DNA of 64,000 nucleotides. Origin: Candidatus Poribacteria bacterium (GTDB taxonomy: Bacteria; Poribacteria; WGA-4E; WGA-3G). Below are positions 10,950 through 21,435 of this stretch, in pieces; the first letter of the stretch is position 1, and each line of letters begins with the position of its first letter. The translations under genes and the position numbers were made by a program. Under the pieces are notes generated by a model. That model worked only from the letters and a program-made list of their open reading frames with translations, did not search any database and was not told where the DNA came from. The stretch lies in assembly GCA_963663765.2 (NCBI GenBank), contig CAXXUA010000005.1:1632001-1696000 (forward strand). The letters are read 5' to 3'.

Positions 10950-12743
10950 TTAGACAACAATTTCCTGATATGGTACATAAAGCTCTGTCTTGCCAATTAA
11001 CAGTTCACGTGTCCCATCAACAATATGGTGCGGCATAAAAGGTTCCCCATCATATTTACGTATATGTCCATCAGCCTTAAATCCGGTTTCACCCCGCAAG
11101 AATCGGGCAAACTGTCCCGTGTAGTTACACTCAACTATAATGGCGTGTCCAGCTTTTGCTAAGATATCGTTTACGACATCCTCACTCATTGGATATAACC
11201 ATTTAAACTGAATATGGTTTGTTTGGATACCCTCATCAGTTAAGATTTTTGCTGCTTCAGTGATGATACCATGTGTAGAACCCCAACCGATGAGTGTAAC
11301 CTCAGCATCTTCTGGTCCTTCAAGTGTCGGTGGTGGAAGTAGTTCAACGATTCCATCCATTTTCCGTTGCCGTTTTTCCATGATATCACGACGTTTGTGT
11401 GGGTTTGTGAACTCATCACTAATTAATCCACCATCTTCATAGTGGTCATCGGTAGCAACTACGTGCATGTGTTCGGGTGTGCCTGGAATTGCCCGAGGTG
11501 ATATTCCACTTTCGGTTATCTGAAAGCGGAGATATTCGTCCTCGCTCCCTACTACATCCGTTATCAATTCCCCGCGGTCAATTTCCGGTTGCCAATTGAT
11601 ATCAGCTGGATCAAAGGTAGAATAACCCTCTCCGAGCATAAGGTCTGTGAGGACCATTCCTGGGCATTGGAATTTGTCAACGAGGTTGAAAAGTTCTGGT
11701 ATTGTGTTGTATCCATCAACAATACTGGTAGGTGCGACAACGATTTTTGGGAAATCACCTTGACTTGCTCCGAGTATCTGCCAGAGATCACCTTGTTCGG
11801 TTTTCGTAGGCAAACCTGTTGAGGGGCCTCCGCGTTGCACATTAATGACAACGATGGGAATTTCCATCATCGCTGCACTACCTATAGCTTCAGACATCAA
11901 TGCAAACCCGCCTCCGGAGGTTGCGCACATTGCACGGCAACCTGTGTGCGCAGCACCGATCACCATGTTGATAACACTGATTTCGTCTTCACATTGGCGT
12001 ACCATGATGTTAAGATCACGTGCGTTTCCTGCCATCCAACGTAGCACACCCGTAGAAGGACTCATCGGATACGCGCAATAAAATTTGACACCCGCAGCCG
12101 CACCCCCCATCGCCATTAACTCATTACCTTGACCAAAAGCAAGCTCGGGTTCCTGTTGTTCAAACCGGACATCAAATCCAGTGAAGTGATCAAGAGCGTG
12201 TTGATAACCTGCCCTTGCAACTAAAATATTAGCATCTACAGTTTCCTGTCCTTTTCTTTTCAGAAGCGCTTTGATAAGAATATCTTCAAACACCTCTAAA
12301 TCTGTACCCACGAGTCTCAAAGTAGTACCAAGCAGACACGTGTTCAAACACGCTTTCTGTATTGTTTTATCCTCTATGTGACTGGAGTATTGTTTGTAGG
12401 GGATTGGACAGAATTGAATATCGTCTCGTTCCGGCACTTTTTTGACTTCATCACTGTTATAGATAATAGCACCGCCGGGTCTGATGTGCGGTACATGCTT
12501 TTCTACACTGTTTTGATCAAGAGCAATGATAAGGTCAATTTTGTCACCATGGTTGGCAACTGGGGCCGAACTGATTCTGATGGTAAGGAAGGTATGCCCG
12601 CCACGTATGAGAGATTGATAAGCACTATAGGCGAAAACATGGAGACCGTGCCGGGCACAGATTTGACTGAGGTTTTTACCTGTTGTTGCTATGCCTTGTC
12701 CAGGTGCACCACCTATGGCGACTACAAAATCGTACTTTGCCAT
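10950..12743 (-). CDS. korA: 2-oxoacid:acceptor oxidoreductase alpha subunit (fused gamma domain)
   Basis: GGAPGQG, IRGGH, YPMSPS, ATSGGGF, QRGGPSTGLPT, WGST. Confidence 0.93.
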   Translation of the reverse strand: MAKYDFVVAIGGAPGQGIATTGKNLSQICARHGLHVFAYSAYQSLIRGGHTFLTIRISSAPVANHGDKIDLIIALDQNSVEKHVPHIRPGGAIIYNSDEVKKVPERDDIQFCPIPYKQYSSHIEDKTIQKACLNTCLLGTTLRLVGTDLEVFEDILIKALLKRKGQETVDANILVARAGYQHALDHFTGFDVRFEQQEPELAFGQGNELMAMGGAAAGVKFYCAYPMSPSTGVLRWMAGNARDLNIMVRQCEDEISVINMVIGAAHTGCRAMCATSGGGFALMSEAIGSAAMMEIPIVVINVQRGGPSTGLPTKTEQGDLWQILGASQGDFPKIVVAPTSIVDGYNTIPELFNLVDKFQCPGMVLTDLMLGEGYSTFDPADINWQPEIDRGELITDVVGSEDEYLRFQITESGISPRAIPGTPEHMHVVATDDHYEDGGLISDEFTNPHKRRDIMEKRQRKMDGIVELLPPPTLEGPEDAEVTLIGWGSTHGIITEAAKILTDEGIQTNHIQFKWLYPMSEDVVNDILAKAGHAIIVECNYTGQFARFLRGETGFKADGHIRKYDGEPFMPHHIVDGTRELLIGKTELYVPYQEIVV

Positions 12744-13049
12744 CTTGGCTCCTTTCAAATTGTAATCAAATTTGTTCGGTTTTTAATATTTTATAATTTC
12801 ATGAGTTCTTCATTATTAGCAAAACTCGTTATAATTCCTTTATAACATTCCAATATTTCCTTTCCCTAATTATACTATATTTATAATCCATTTTCAAGTA
12901 ATTATTTTGCAGAGCGAAGTGTAAAGTTTATTGTATATGTCTGAACCATGATTTTCAATAAAACAATTATCTCAATGTATAAGGAGGCGTTTTAATTATA
13001 CCGCACCAAGGTTATATCTCTATGCAACCTATCATTGCTACCTTTCCTC

Positions 13050-13661
13050 TTAAGCTTGAATAAATGTTTTAAGTGCGTCCTGTGCTTCTGGAGTTCCAAT
13101 CTTATTTAATGCGACAGCCGCGTGATGTTGGACATCTTGTGAATCGTCTTCAAGTGCTTTAATGAGGGCGGGTACTGCCTCTGCTGCGCCTTCCATTCTA
13201 CTAAGTGCATAAGCTGCATAAGAACGAACTACATCCGAAGGGTCGGTTAAAGTTTGAATGAGTGTGGGTATTGCGCATGTTGCTGCATTTCCCATACTAC
13301 TCAGCGCGCGAGCCGCATACTCTCGTAAATCTTCATTTAGTTTGTTAGATAATGCATCAACCAAAGCGGGTATTGCCGGTTTACCTATACGGGCTAATGT
13401 GCTGCTAATTGCAAGACCGTGGTATCTTTCAGATGCCCTCATTTCATCCATGAGTTGAGGTATAGCGGGTTCACCAATTGCTGTCAAGATATCGGTAGCT
13501 AATTCAACTACGTCTCCAAAGTTATGCGCCAATGCTACAATAAGTTGCGGTATAGCAGGTTCACCAATTGCAATCAATTCTGTTTTGGCAGGATCACGTA
13601 TGTCATCGTCTAACTCCTCAATATCCTCAATCAACTCTGCAATACGTTGTTCATCATTCAT
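13050..13661 (-). CDS. HEAT/PBS-lyase repeat protein
   Basis: Repeated IGEPAIPQL / AVPALIKAL / VR..AA.AL units. Confidence 0.85.
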   Translation of the reverse strand: MNDEQRIAELIEDIEELDDDIRDPAKTELIAIGEPAIPQLIVALAHNFGDVVELATDILTAIGEPAIPQLMDEMRASERYHGLAISSTLARIGKPAIPALVDALSNKLNEDLREYAARALSSMGNAATCAIPTLIQTLTDPSDVVRSYAAYALSRMEGAAEAVPALIKALEDDSQDVQHHAAVALNKIGTPEAQDALKTFIQA

Positions 13662-13682
13662 TCATGTTATCCTTTATGTCTG

Positions 13683-14978
13683 TCAACTATCTAAGCCTCG
13701 TTCTTTGCACAGATCGAAAATTTCAGTAAGACGGGATGTCTGCTCTTTGCGCATTCTATTATAAACCCGTTCCGAAATATCTTGACTTTCATGCATCTCA
13801 TCAAGTTGAGCAATCAATTCAAGCCGTGAAGTTCGTGCATGCTCAAGGTCAGCATCGCTGAGTTTACGTAACCATCCTTCGTCTGTTGGTGCAAACTCTG
13901 CGGTATCAGATTCGCCTGAAGTGCGATGTGTACCGCGTATCATGAATATCGCCGCCACAAGAAATCCACCTGCTAATACCGAAGCTATCGCAATAAGCAC
14001 CGTTTGACCAAATGTAAATTTTTGTTTCGGTAATCCCAACTTTAAGTTGATCTTTTTCCCCGCAGGAAAGCCTTTAGCAGGCGAAGCAGGATATACTTTG
14101 TAAACCACATTGTTAATTGGCTCATATTGTGTTGTCTTGAAATGCTTTGAATGAGGTTCTAAGTTGATATTGACAGGAACAAGAAATGATATTTTATCCA
14201 CGGGATACTGCAATGTACGCGATAAATTAAGTTTATCCTTAAGTGCATGATAAATGTAGGTATATCCCATTTTCGTTTCACCCGTTGACAAAGGGTCCGT
14301 GAGAACGATATGTTTACCGATTTTACTCTGTTTTAAGGACGTGGGTGAATGCGGGTGAAATTCCTCAAAACCCTCTGGCAGTCTAAGCTTAAACCCTACT
14401 TTTTCATTACCAAGCGTCGTCAATAACGATGATTTGCTAAGGTTTTCAACGTCTAATGCTTCAATCACTGCCACAGCACCATCTGCAGCATGGTCTTGCG
14501 GCGGTAAGCCAAGTGCAATCGTATAGGATTTGATACGCACCTGAGTTGCATCGTCTGTCGTATCGTTAAATCGGATATCAACCGATAAACTGGGAACCCA
14601 GGATGTAACAACTAAATCCTTCTCTGTATATTGAAGACCGCCGTAAGATGTAGATACTGTATAGTGTGTCTCATCATCAAGTGGTAGATTCTCAAAACGA
14701 TAGTTCCCGTTCTCATCAGTCCGCGTTTCTTGTTGTGTAACATCATCACCTTTGTGAATATTCAGCACAACAGTATGATTAGTAATAATTTTATTGTTAC
14801 TAACATCGGTTAGTTTACCGTGAATACCACCCACATCATTTTGCGAATTAGTCACGGGGACATACAGTAGAAAAGAAAATAATAGAATTATCAGAATGTT
14901 ACGAAACCGAAAGGTTTCAATATGTTTTTGCGGGCGGTGTCGTTGGGGGATCAACCTTGGGGAACTGTAATTCTTCAT
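13683..14978 (-). CDS. Exported carboxypeptidase-regulatory-like domain protein with C-terminal TM and coiled coil (ccm-associated)
   Basis: Signal/TM, TRTDENGNYRFENL Ig-like motif, C-terminal TM plus LIAQLDE helix; translationally coupled to the upstream CcmI-like gene. Confidence 0.7.
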   Translation of the reverse strand: MKNYSSPRLIPQRHRPQKHIETFRFRNILIILLFSFLLYVPVTNSQNDVGGIHGKLTDVSNNKIITNHTVVLNIHKGDDVTQQETRTDENGNYRFENLPLDDETHYTVSTSYGGLQYTEKDLVVTSWVPSLSVDIRFNDTTDDATQVRIKSYTIALGLPPQDHAADGAVAVIEALDVENLSKSSLLTTLGNEKVGFKLRLPEGFEEFHPHSPTSLKQSKIGKHIVLTDPLSTGETKMGYTYIYHALKDKLNLSRTLQYPVDKISFLVPVNINLEPHSKHFKTTQYEPINNVVYKVYPASPAKGFPAGKKINLKLGLPKQKFTFGQTVLIAIASVLAGGFLVAAIFMIRGTHRTSGESDTAEFAPTDEGWLRKLSDADLEHARTSRLELIAQLDEMHESQDISERVYNRMRKEQTSRLTEIFDLCKERGLDS

Positions 14979-15307
14979 TATCCTCGTTTTTGCCGTTTAT
15001 ACCTTTCAATCTCAGATTCTACATCCGACTTTGCATCTGTTTCCAATTGACTAACAATTTGAGCCGTTTCTTTCATCAGTGCAGCTCTTAACTCTTTGTA
15101 ATCCTTCTCAGATAGCTTCCCAGATTCATAATCTTCATCAAGGTCTGCTAAAGCAGAATAACTCTGTTCGCGTTCAAGATTGAGTGTTTGCAAACGTGCT
15201 TGCGTCGCGTCTACCTCAGGAAAAACACCCTCTTCCCGATATAACGGATAGATGATATATAACATCACAAGCACTCCTAAAACAATAATCCATACTAACA
15301 AAATCAT
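14978..15307 (-). CDS. CcmI-like cytochrome c biogenesis protein (N-terminal part)
   Basis: TM ending YPL, then ALADLDEDYESGKLSEKDY motif. Confidence 0.7.
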   Translation of the reverse strand: MILLVWIIVLGVLVMLYIIYPLYREEGVFPEVDATQARLQTLNLEREQSYSALADLDEDYESGKLSEKDYKELRAALMKETAQIVSQLETDAKSDVESEIERYKRQKRG

Positions 15308-15315
15308 AATAATAC

Positions 15316-15948
15316 CTAATTTTGATCCTTGTATCTTTCAAGTTCTGCTTCAAGCTGCCGCTGCATTTCCTCAGAAATGTTATTATCTGGTTGTGTGAGT
15401 TGTGCCTTATTCCCGCGTGAATTTTGCAGAACAACTACAGCCACACCACCAATAATTAAAAGAATCACCGCTGGCATTATATACGCAAGAAGGTTGATCC
15501 CCTCTGCATGCATGACTGCAGAATACTGAGGTCCATGTTCTTCAAGATACGTAGCGCGGATTTCCGCAACAGTTTGACCTTCCTTCAATGCATTCCGAAA
15601 TTCCTTTTTTATATATTCCGCAGTGACACAATGACATATCTCATAAGTCATACGATCACAACCACAAAAACAGTAGAGCGTCGTATTCAACTCATACATT
15701 TGAGATTCAAAATCTTCGCTATCCTGGAATTCAACAACTTCACCATTCTCTGATTCAACCGTTTCACTATCTCGTAGTTCAGCATCTACACCATTCTGCG
15801 AATCCACTTTTTCACTATCTAAAGGTTTTATCCCTTCTTGACTATCTTGTGCAACAGCGAAAGCAGAAAGGAACAAAAAGGCAAATATAAACATAGAAAT
15901 GAGGGGCGTTTCAACAGAACTCGCAATTCGTTTCTTCATTGCTTTCAC
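15316..15948 (-). CDS. ccmH: Cytochrome c biogenesis protein CcmH-like
   Basis: Signal peptide, CFCGC...CHC, EGQT..EI...Y...HG, TM with YIMP; follows ccmF. Confidence 0.8.
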   Translation of the reverse strand: MKAMKKRIASSVETPLISMFIFAFLFLSAFAVAQDSQEGIKPLDSEKVDSQNGVDAELRDSETVESENGEVVEFQDSEDFESQMYELNTTLYCFCGCDRMTYEICHCVTAEYIKKEFRNALKEGQTVAEIRATYLEEHGPQYSAVMHAEGINLLAYIMPAVILLIIGGVAVVVLQNSRGNKAQLTQPDNNISEEMQRQLEAELERYKDQN

Positions 15949-18105
15949 CTATGCCATCGCCTCTTGCGACTTGTGGACATGTTTCTGAGAAATCGCCACG
16001 AGACCTCCCAAAACCATCACAAAAACACCTATCCAAACAACTTTAATAAGCGGATTATGATAGATTTGAACATTTACCAGACCACCATTACGCAAATCTT
16101 GGGGTAGATCACCAATGGCAATATAAACATCGTTCATACCTATGCCGTGTATTGCTGACTCAATCGTATCTTGATCACCTTGTCCCGCCTTAAAGTAGTA
16201 GTTTCTTGCAGGCTTCATTTTCTTCACATGTTTGCCATCCTTTTCAACATCAACGATAATCCCTGCCTGATTGTAATTCTCACCTTGTTCTTGAAATGTA
16301 TCTTCTACAGTGAACTGATAGGCACCAACTTCCATTGAGTCACCAAGCTGTAAGCTTTTGCTTTCAAGCAGAAAATAACCCTTAGACCCCATAATTCCTA
16401 TATACACAATAACAATGCCTATATGGATAATATAACCTCCATAGCGACGCTTGTTACGCTGGATAAGTTGTAATAAGCCGCTAAATAACGAGGTTTGCTG
16501 CCGTTTTCCTCTCAGTTTTGCACCACGATAAAACTCGTTAAAAATTGCCACAACCACAAACACGCTGGCAAAAACACAAAGCATTGAATAAATAGGTATT
16601 GGATGATCTTTGAAAATCAGAGATTCCCATACCTGCACAAAAATATTCGGTGTGGTGACATCAGAAACTGCTGTCGCCATATCTTTTTCAGCTGCAACAT
16701 TTATAGTATAAGTTCTATAAGCAAGGAAAAACCATGTCACCCCTGCTGCTACCAAACCATAGATAATTGGTAAAATAAACATTCGGCGAAAATTGTTAAA
16801 CGTAATCTTTTTCCAAGAGATAATCGGACCAGCACCGGTCAAGAAGAGGAGTAGTAATCCAGGAATAATAACAACTTTGTTGAAGAAAGCCTCAGGAACA
16901 GTGGCTTTTTCACCGCTAATCGCTTCGGAGATAATCGGCCACAAAGTACCCCAAAGGATTATCAACGTCAAACCGACCAACAACCAATTGTTCAATACAA
17001 ACGCACTTTCACGGGACAAAAGCGATTCAAGACGGTTCGCACTTTTGAGACGCTGCCAACGGTAGACAATAAGTCCTATAATGCCCGCAGTTGAAGTAAG
17101 AATGAAACCCAGAAAATACCAACCAATATCAGATTGTGCAAATGAATGGACTGATGATATTACACCACTACGAGTAATAAAAGTTCCCAATAATGTGAAT
17201 TGAAACGCTAAGGTAATAAGCAGAATATTCCACAGTTTGAGCATGTTCCGTTTTTCTTGAATCATCACAGAGTGCAGATACGCAGTGCCGAGTAGCCACG
17301 GCATAAAGGAAGCATTCTCAACAGGATCCCATGCCCAATAACCACCCCAACCGAGTTCCTGATATGCCCAATGCCCACCAAGGGTAATACCAACAGTTAA
17401 GACTATCCATGAAAACAGCATCCACCGACGAGAACGAAGTGTCCAATCACTCGCAATTCTACCAGAAAACAGCGCACCCATAGCAAATGCAAACGGCACT
17501 GTCAGACTAATCCAACCGATGTACAACGTTGGTGGATGAAACGCCATGCTGGGTGTCTGTAACAGTGGGTTCAACCCCTTACCATCAGACATAACCATTC
17601 CGTTAGCATAACGCTCAAACGGACTATAAACCCCATGAACTGCTCCCGTAACAACGAGAATAAAAAATAACTGCACAATAGTAACAGCAATCAGCGCATA
17701 ATCCGATAATGTATCGTTTGCCTTCCTGTTTTGCCATACAACAAGCACACTACCAACAGTAATCAACCAAAGCCAAAATAGAAGCGACCCCGACATACCA
17801 CCCCAAAGAGCAGTGATTTTATACAATAAAGGTTGCGCCGCACTGGATACCTCAACAACATATCTCATTGAAAAGTCATCCGTCACAAAACTAAAAATGA
17901 GCACTGCTGTTGCAAGACTAATAAGAGCAAAGGTTGCTATAACAGCATTCCGACCACTTTTCAATAAACCGATTTTTTTCAGTTGCAGTCCAATACCAAG
18001 TGCAGCAATCGCCCAAATCGTAGAGAATAAGGATACCCAGATCGCAGCTTGACCAAGTTCGGCTGCAACACCCTGTATACGTTCCACAAGCACCTCTATT
18101 AACAT
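15949..18105 (-). CDS. ccmF: Heme lyase CcmF/NrfE
   Basis: GLNPLLQ, HPPTLY, GWGGYWAWDPVENAS, TRSG..SVHSFA. Confidence 0.97.
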   Translation of the reverse strand: MLIEVLVERIQGVAAELGQAAIWVSLFSTIWAIAALGIGLQLKKIGLLKSGRNAVIATFALISLATAVLIFSFVTDDFSMRYVVEVSSAAQPLLYKITALWGGMSGSLLFWLWLITVGSVLVVWQNRKANDTLSDYALIAVTIVQLFFILVVTGAVHGVYSPFERYANGMVMSDGKGLNPLLQTPSMAFHPPTLYIGWISLTVPFAFAMGALFSGRIASDWTLRSRRWMLFSWIVLTVGITLGGHWAYQELGWGGYWAWDPVENASFMPWLLGTAYLHSVMIQEKRNMLKLWNILLITLAFQFTLLGTFITRSGVISSVHSFAQSDIGWYFLGFILTSTAGIIGLIVYRWQRLKSANRLESLLSRESAFVLNNWLLVGLTLIILWGTLWPIISEAISGEKATVPEAFFNKVVIIPGLLLLFLTGAGPIISWKKITFNNFRRMFILPIIYGLVAAGVTWFFLAYRTYTINVAAEKDMATAVSDVTTPNIFVQVWESLIFKDHPIPIYSMLCVFASVFVVVAIFNEFYRGAKLRGKRQQTSLFSGLLQLIQRNKRRYGGYIIHIGIVIVYIGIMGSKGYFLLESKSLQLGDSMEVGAYQFTVEDTFQEQGENYNQAGIIVDVEKDGKHVKKMKPARNYYFKAGQGDQDTIESAIHGIGMNDVYIAIGDLPQDLRNGGLVNVQIYHNPLIKVVWIGVFVMVLGGLVAISQKHVHKSQEAMA

Positions 18106-18133
18106 AACATACCTTTAATCTGCTAACTATTAG

Positions 18134-18562
18134 TTACAAAGAACTACTTGCAGGTTCAGAACTTTCTGCTTCTTCGTATTTGGAAGCACATTTCGTTTGT
18201 AAGTCGGTCGCAACTATTAGGTTTTTCTCTGCATCGTATATGCCCTCTACAAACACATTACCACCGTCTGTGAAGTTGTCTGGTTTCAAACGATTATATA
18301 CCACATTAACCTTCTCACTGCCTTCAAGTTCGCGCACAGCAAAGGTCAATTCAAACTTGGCTGCATCCCATGCAGAACTTCCCTCTGAAATTGCACCAAC
18401 AAGCTGAACATTTTGATTATTCAGTGTATCCGCATTCGTTATCAGTTGAGAAGGAGTTAATTCTGGCATACTCTCTTTCTTCGTCATTGACAAAACCAAA
18501 ACCACAAAACTCGTTAGCAATATTGCACTGGCAGCAAAGATTTTCAACCTTCTTTTTTTCAT
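18134..18562 (-). CDS. ccmE: Heme chaperone CcmE, CxxxY variant
   Basis: N-terminal TM, OB-fold PDNF..G..V.VEG, TKCASKY. Confidence 0.9.
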   Translation of the reverse strand: MKKRRLKIFAASAILLTSFVVLVLSMTKKESMPELTPSQLITNADTLNNQNVQLVGAISEGSSAWDAAKFELTFAVRELEGSEKVNVVYNRLKPDNFTDGGNVFVEGIYDAEKNLIVATDLQTKCASKYEEAESSEPASSSL

Positions 18563-18799
18563 GTGAACATCCTCCATAGCAACTTAGTTAGTTCTAAAGA
18601 ATATGTAAATTAAGACCCTAATTGTAATATACATAATACCTGACTTTGCTTTCAAAATCAAGTTAAAATAACCCAAATCCAATAAATCATTACGGAATTC
18701 CGTGTCTATGCTTATATATATGTGTGGTTAACCCCATGCTAAATAGTGTTTCTTGTTGTTTAGGAAAGACATAACAAAATTATAAAAGAAATGTAAAAT

Positions 18800-19010
18800 A
18801 TGAAGAAATCAAAATCGGTTCTGGTAGAAACGACAATGGTCACATGAATAGACTGTTCTGAAATGGTAGGCACAAACGTAGTGACAGTATGCGATGCTCA
18901 TCAGGAATCAGCGGATGCAGGGTGCTGCGAAGGTTGGTGTCATAGCATACACCAATGACCGCAAACTTTTTGACAAGATGTCTCCTGATGTTGTTGTACC
19001 TGCACCGCTA
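18800..19010 (+). pseudogene. Degraded copy of the 5' end of the Gfo/Idh/MocA gene at 23329
   Basis: atgaagaaatcaaaatcggttctggtagaaacgacaatggtcacatgaatagactgttctgaaatggtaggcacaaacgtagtgacagtatgcgat aligns with 23329-23433 with indels; 3' limit approximate. Confidence 0.75.
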
Positions 19011-19115
19011 CATCATATCGTATCCTGCTATCTGTCCAGTCACCGCATCTCACATAACGTTGAAACAGGACTTGCCCGACACTCGGTTTGATGGATATGA
19101 TTATAACAATCGTAT

Positions 19116-19991
19116 TTATACCTCTATGGTCTCTTGGAAGTCCTGAAAAGAGGTTGCAAGTGAAGCATTAAGGTTCACCTGCTTGAGTTGGTTGATGTCA
19201 GCAATAGCCTCAAGTCTGGGGATGAGGACATTGACATCTGCATGCGGGAAACGTGCTTTGATGACTGCCAATGTATTTTCAATACTCGTTTGGCGCGCCC
19301 CTTGTTCAATACCTCGTTGGATCACATGTTCGTAAAAAGGTGATTCTTGCATGATTGCCTCCAATAAAGGGTCCTGAAAAAATACTTTTGGATGTGCTAA
19401 ACTCCCGAAAAGCGAGAGTGCAAATAAAAGGGTAGCCCGCATCTCTCTGTCAATATCAACTGTCTGGATCGTCTGAATACACTTCTCAACCCAGCTTTGA
19501 GGAGTCATGTCTGCGGGCGGTTTCATCAAAGCCGTGAAAGGCAGCAACCCTACAGCTTCGGGGTCCAAAAACGCCTCACCCTCCAACTCATAGATACGGA
19601 TGACGTTATACTGAAACCACACGCCGCCACGTTGTGCGTTTCCATACCTATAGAAACCAGGGTCCCTTTGTCCCGCGGGGGGACAGAAATACAACACCGT
19701 TGAATAAACATTCTTCTCATGTTCAAGGGCAAGAAAACTAGAATACGCCAGCATTCGTAAAGGCATCGGTTTATGGGTGCTGGCGTCGGTTTGTGCCTCT
19801 ATATGTAGGATCGCCTCTTCATCGGGCAGGCGCACATCAAACGTCATATCGCTATGATGCATCCGAACCGTTGCTTGCTCTGTGCTCAACCGCTCCACGA
19901 CTTCCACCTCTGATGTTTTCAGTGCTAACACTGCCAAGTCCTGCGGGAACTTCCCAGTAACGTGTTTGAAGATTTCATCATAGTACGGCAT
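19116..19991 (-). CDS. Rpn/YhgA-like recombination-promoting nuclease / putative transposase (PD-(D/E)xK)
   Basis: YD..FKH, SD, LHIEAQ, MPLRM..Y, ESPFYE..IQRGIEQG, DUF4351-like tail. Confidence 0.8.
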   Translation of the reverse strand: MPYYDEIFKHVTGKFPQDLAVLALKTSEVEVVERLSTEQATVRMHHSDMTFDVRLPDEEAILHIEAQTDASTHKPMPLRMLAYSSFLALEHEKNVYSTVLYFCPPAGQRDPGFYRYGNAQRGGVWFQYNVIRIYELEGEAFLDPEAVGLLPFTALMKPPADMTPQSWVEKCIQTIQTVDIDREMRATLLFALSLFGSLAHPKVFFQDPLLEAIMQESPFYEHVIQRGIEQGARQTSIENTLAVIKARFPHADVNVLIPRLEAIADINQLKQVNLNASLATSFQDFQETIEV

Positions 19992-20045
19992 ACAATTATT
20001 ATACATGCATTTATGAAGAAATGTCAAGATGTTTATAAGTATCCA

Positions 20046-20167
20046 CAAGGATATTCAGTTTTCCTAATTTTTGGATTTTTCAAAAAAGAAACCCCGCGGT
20101 AGGAGCGACCTCCCGGTCGCGATTTTCTCACAAAAATGTGAAAAATGGTTAAAACTGAATAACCCTA
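20046..20167. mobile_element. CAGGGTTATT-family MITE with GTAGGAGCGACCTCCCGGTCGCGA REP cargo
   Basis: caaggatattcagtttt ... aaaactgaataacccta flanked by 9-bp AAGTATCCA / AAGTATCTA. Confidence 0.7.
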
Positions 20168-20283
20168 AAGTATCTAGGCGTATTTAATTTGCTTTATTTG
20201 TGATCCGTCGGATAGAACTTGAGGATAATCGGAAACTATTAGCACACTCAGTAATCCGCATCAACTGAAAACTCTTCTAACTA

Positions 20284-20375
20284 CAGCGTATCTCATAAAT
20301 GCATATTTGTTCAAATTCAGCTGATCGAGTGTCCAGTAAATTGAGGTTAGAAACCCCGATTTATGAGATAGGTTG
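20284..20375. mobile_element. 92-bp MITE derived from the adjacent IS5-family element
   Basis: ta|cagcgtatctcataaat ... atttatgagataggttg|ta; same TIR as at 20893 and 22418. Confidence 0.7.
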
Positions 20376-20553
20376 TAAATTACTCAAAGAGTGAATAGGA
20401 TCCCCAACTGCCAGAACAGACCTTGAAAGGATGTTATGTAGTGTTTTGGGTTGAAAATATGGCATCCTTAAGAATATGTTGCATTAATTGCATTATAATT
20501 TCGTGTTTTTGAAAAACATTATATTAAAAACCTTCGCGAAAAAGGAGGGTTAG

Positions 20554-20799
20554 ATGCGGTTGTCACAAGAGGTTATTGCTGATCTGGTTGTGTTGCTTAG
20601 GCGCACTTCTGTGAGTTTGGCATGTGAAGAAGCGGGAGTGAGTGTTGGTTCGTATTATCGTTGGCATTGGGAGTCTCGTAAGCTATCTCGTCGGCGTGTT
20701 CCGAATTCCGTTGATATACACCTTATGAGTGTTTGCTTCGTGAGTTCGGCAGGCGGACTCGTGCGTCTCGTAAGTATTATTTGTTGTGTAAGCGTGTAG
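20554..20799 (+). CDS. Small helix-turn-helix-like protein, possibly frameshifted
   Basis: Strong AAGGAGG RBS; SVSLACEEAGVSVGSYYRW resembles a transposase/terminase-type HTH. Confidence 0.45.
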   Translation: MRLSQEVIADLVVLLRRTSVSLACEEAGVSVGSYYRWHWESRKLSRRRVPNSVDIHLMSVCFVSSAGGLVRLVSIICCVSV

Positions 20800-20901
20800 T
20801 GCGTGTGAAAAAAGGAGTGGTACGAAAACGTAGTGTGAAGTTGGAAAGTAGAGCGGATGTCAATAATCGTAAACGGGTTCACGAACTTTGTACAGCGTAT
20901 C

Positions 20902-21435
20902 TCATAAATATTTTAGCGACATACGTATGCAAGCAAGAAGTACAAAACCTAAATAATTTTCAGCGTAGTATTCCCATCGAACAACTAAACGCCGATAATC
21001 CTCTAACCAACTGAAAAATCTTTCTACTTTGAAACGACGCTTATACCGTCGTAAACGCCGACCATCCTGTGTAGCCTGTTTCGGACGATTCTTTTTATGA
21101 GGTGCTACCATTTCAATACCACGTTCCCTCAAAGAAGCATCTAAAGGATCGGAGTCATAAGCTTTGTCCCCAATCAACACTGCGGGGTTTTCGGATGTCC
21201 AACACGCATCCAATGCCGGTTCAACCAAGCGCACTTCATGACAAGAAGCCGTTGTAATCAGAACACTCACAGGTCTACCAGACTTTTCTGTAATCGCTAC
21301 CAGTTTTGTCCCTTTGCCGCACTTCGTTGGACCAACACAAGTGCCTCCTTTCTTGGCAGGAACGAATTTCGCATCAATACAACACTCACTCATATTTATA
21401 TTTTTTCGTTTTTCAAGCATTTCTGTGAGTGCCAA
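20902..21435 (-). pseudogene. IS5-family transposase, C-terminal DDE fragment only
   Basis: IDAKFVPAKKGG, GKGTKL, GDKAYDSD, RFKVERFFSWL..YRRL..RWE; N-terminal region absent. Confidence 0.85.
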
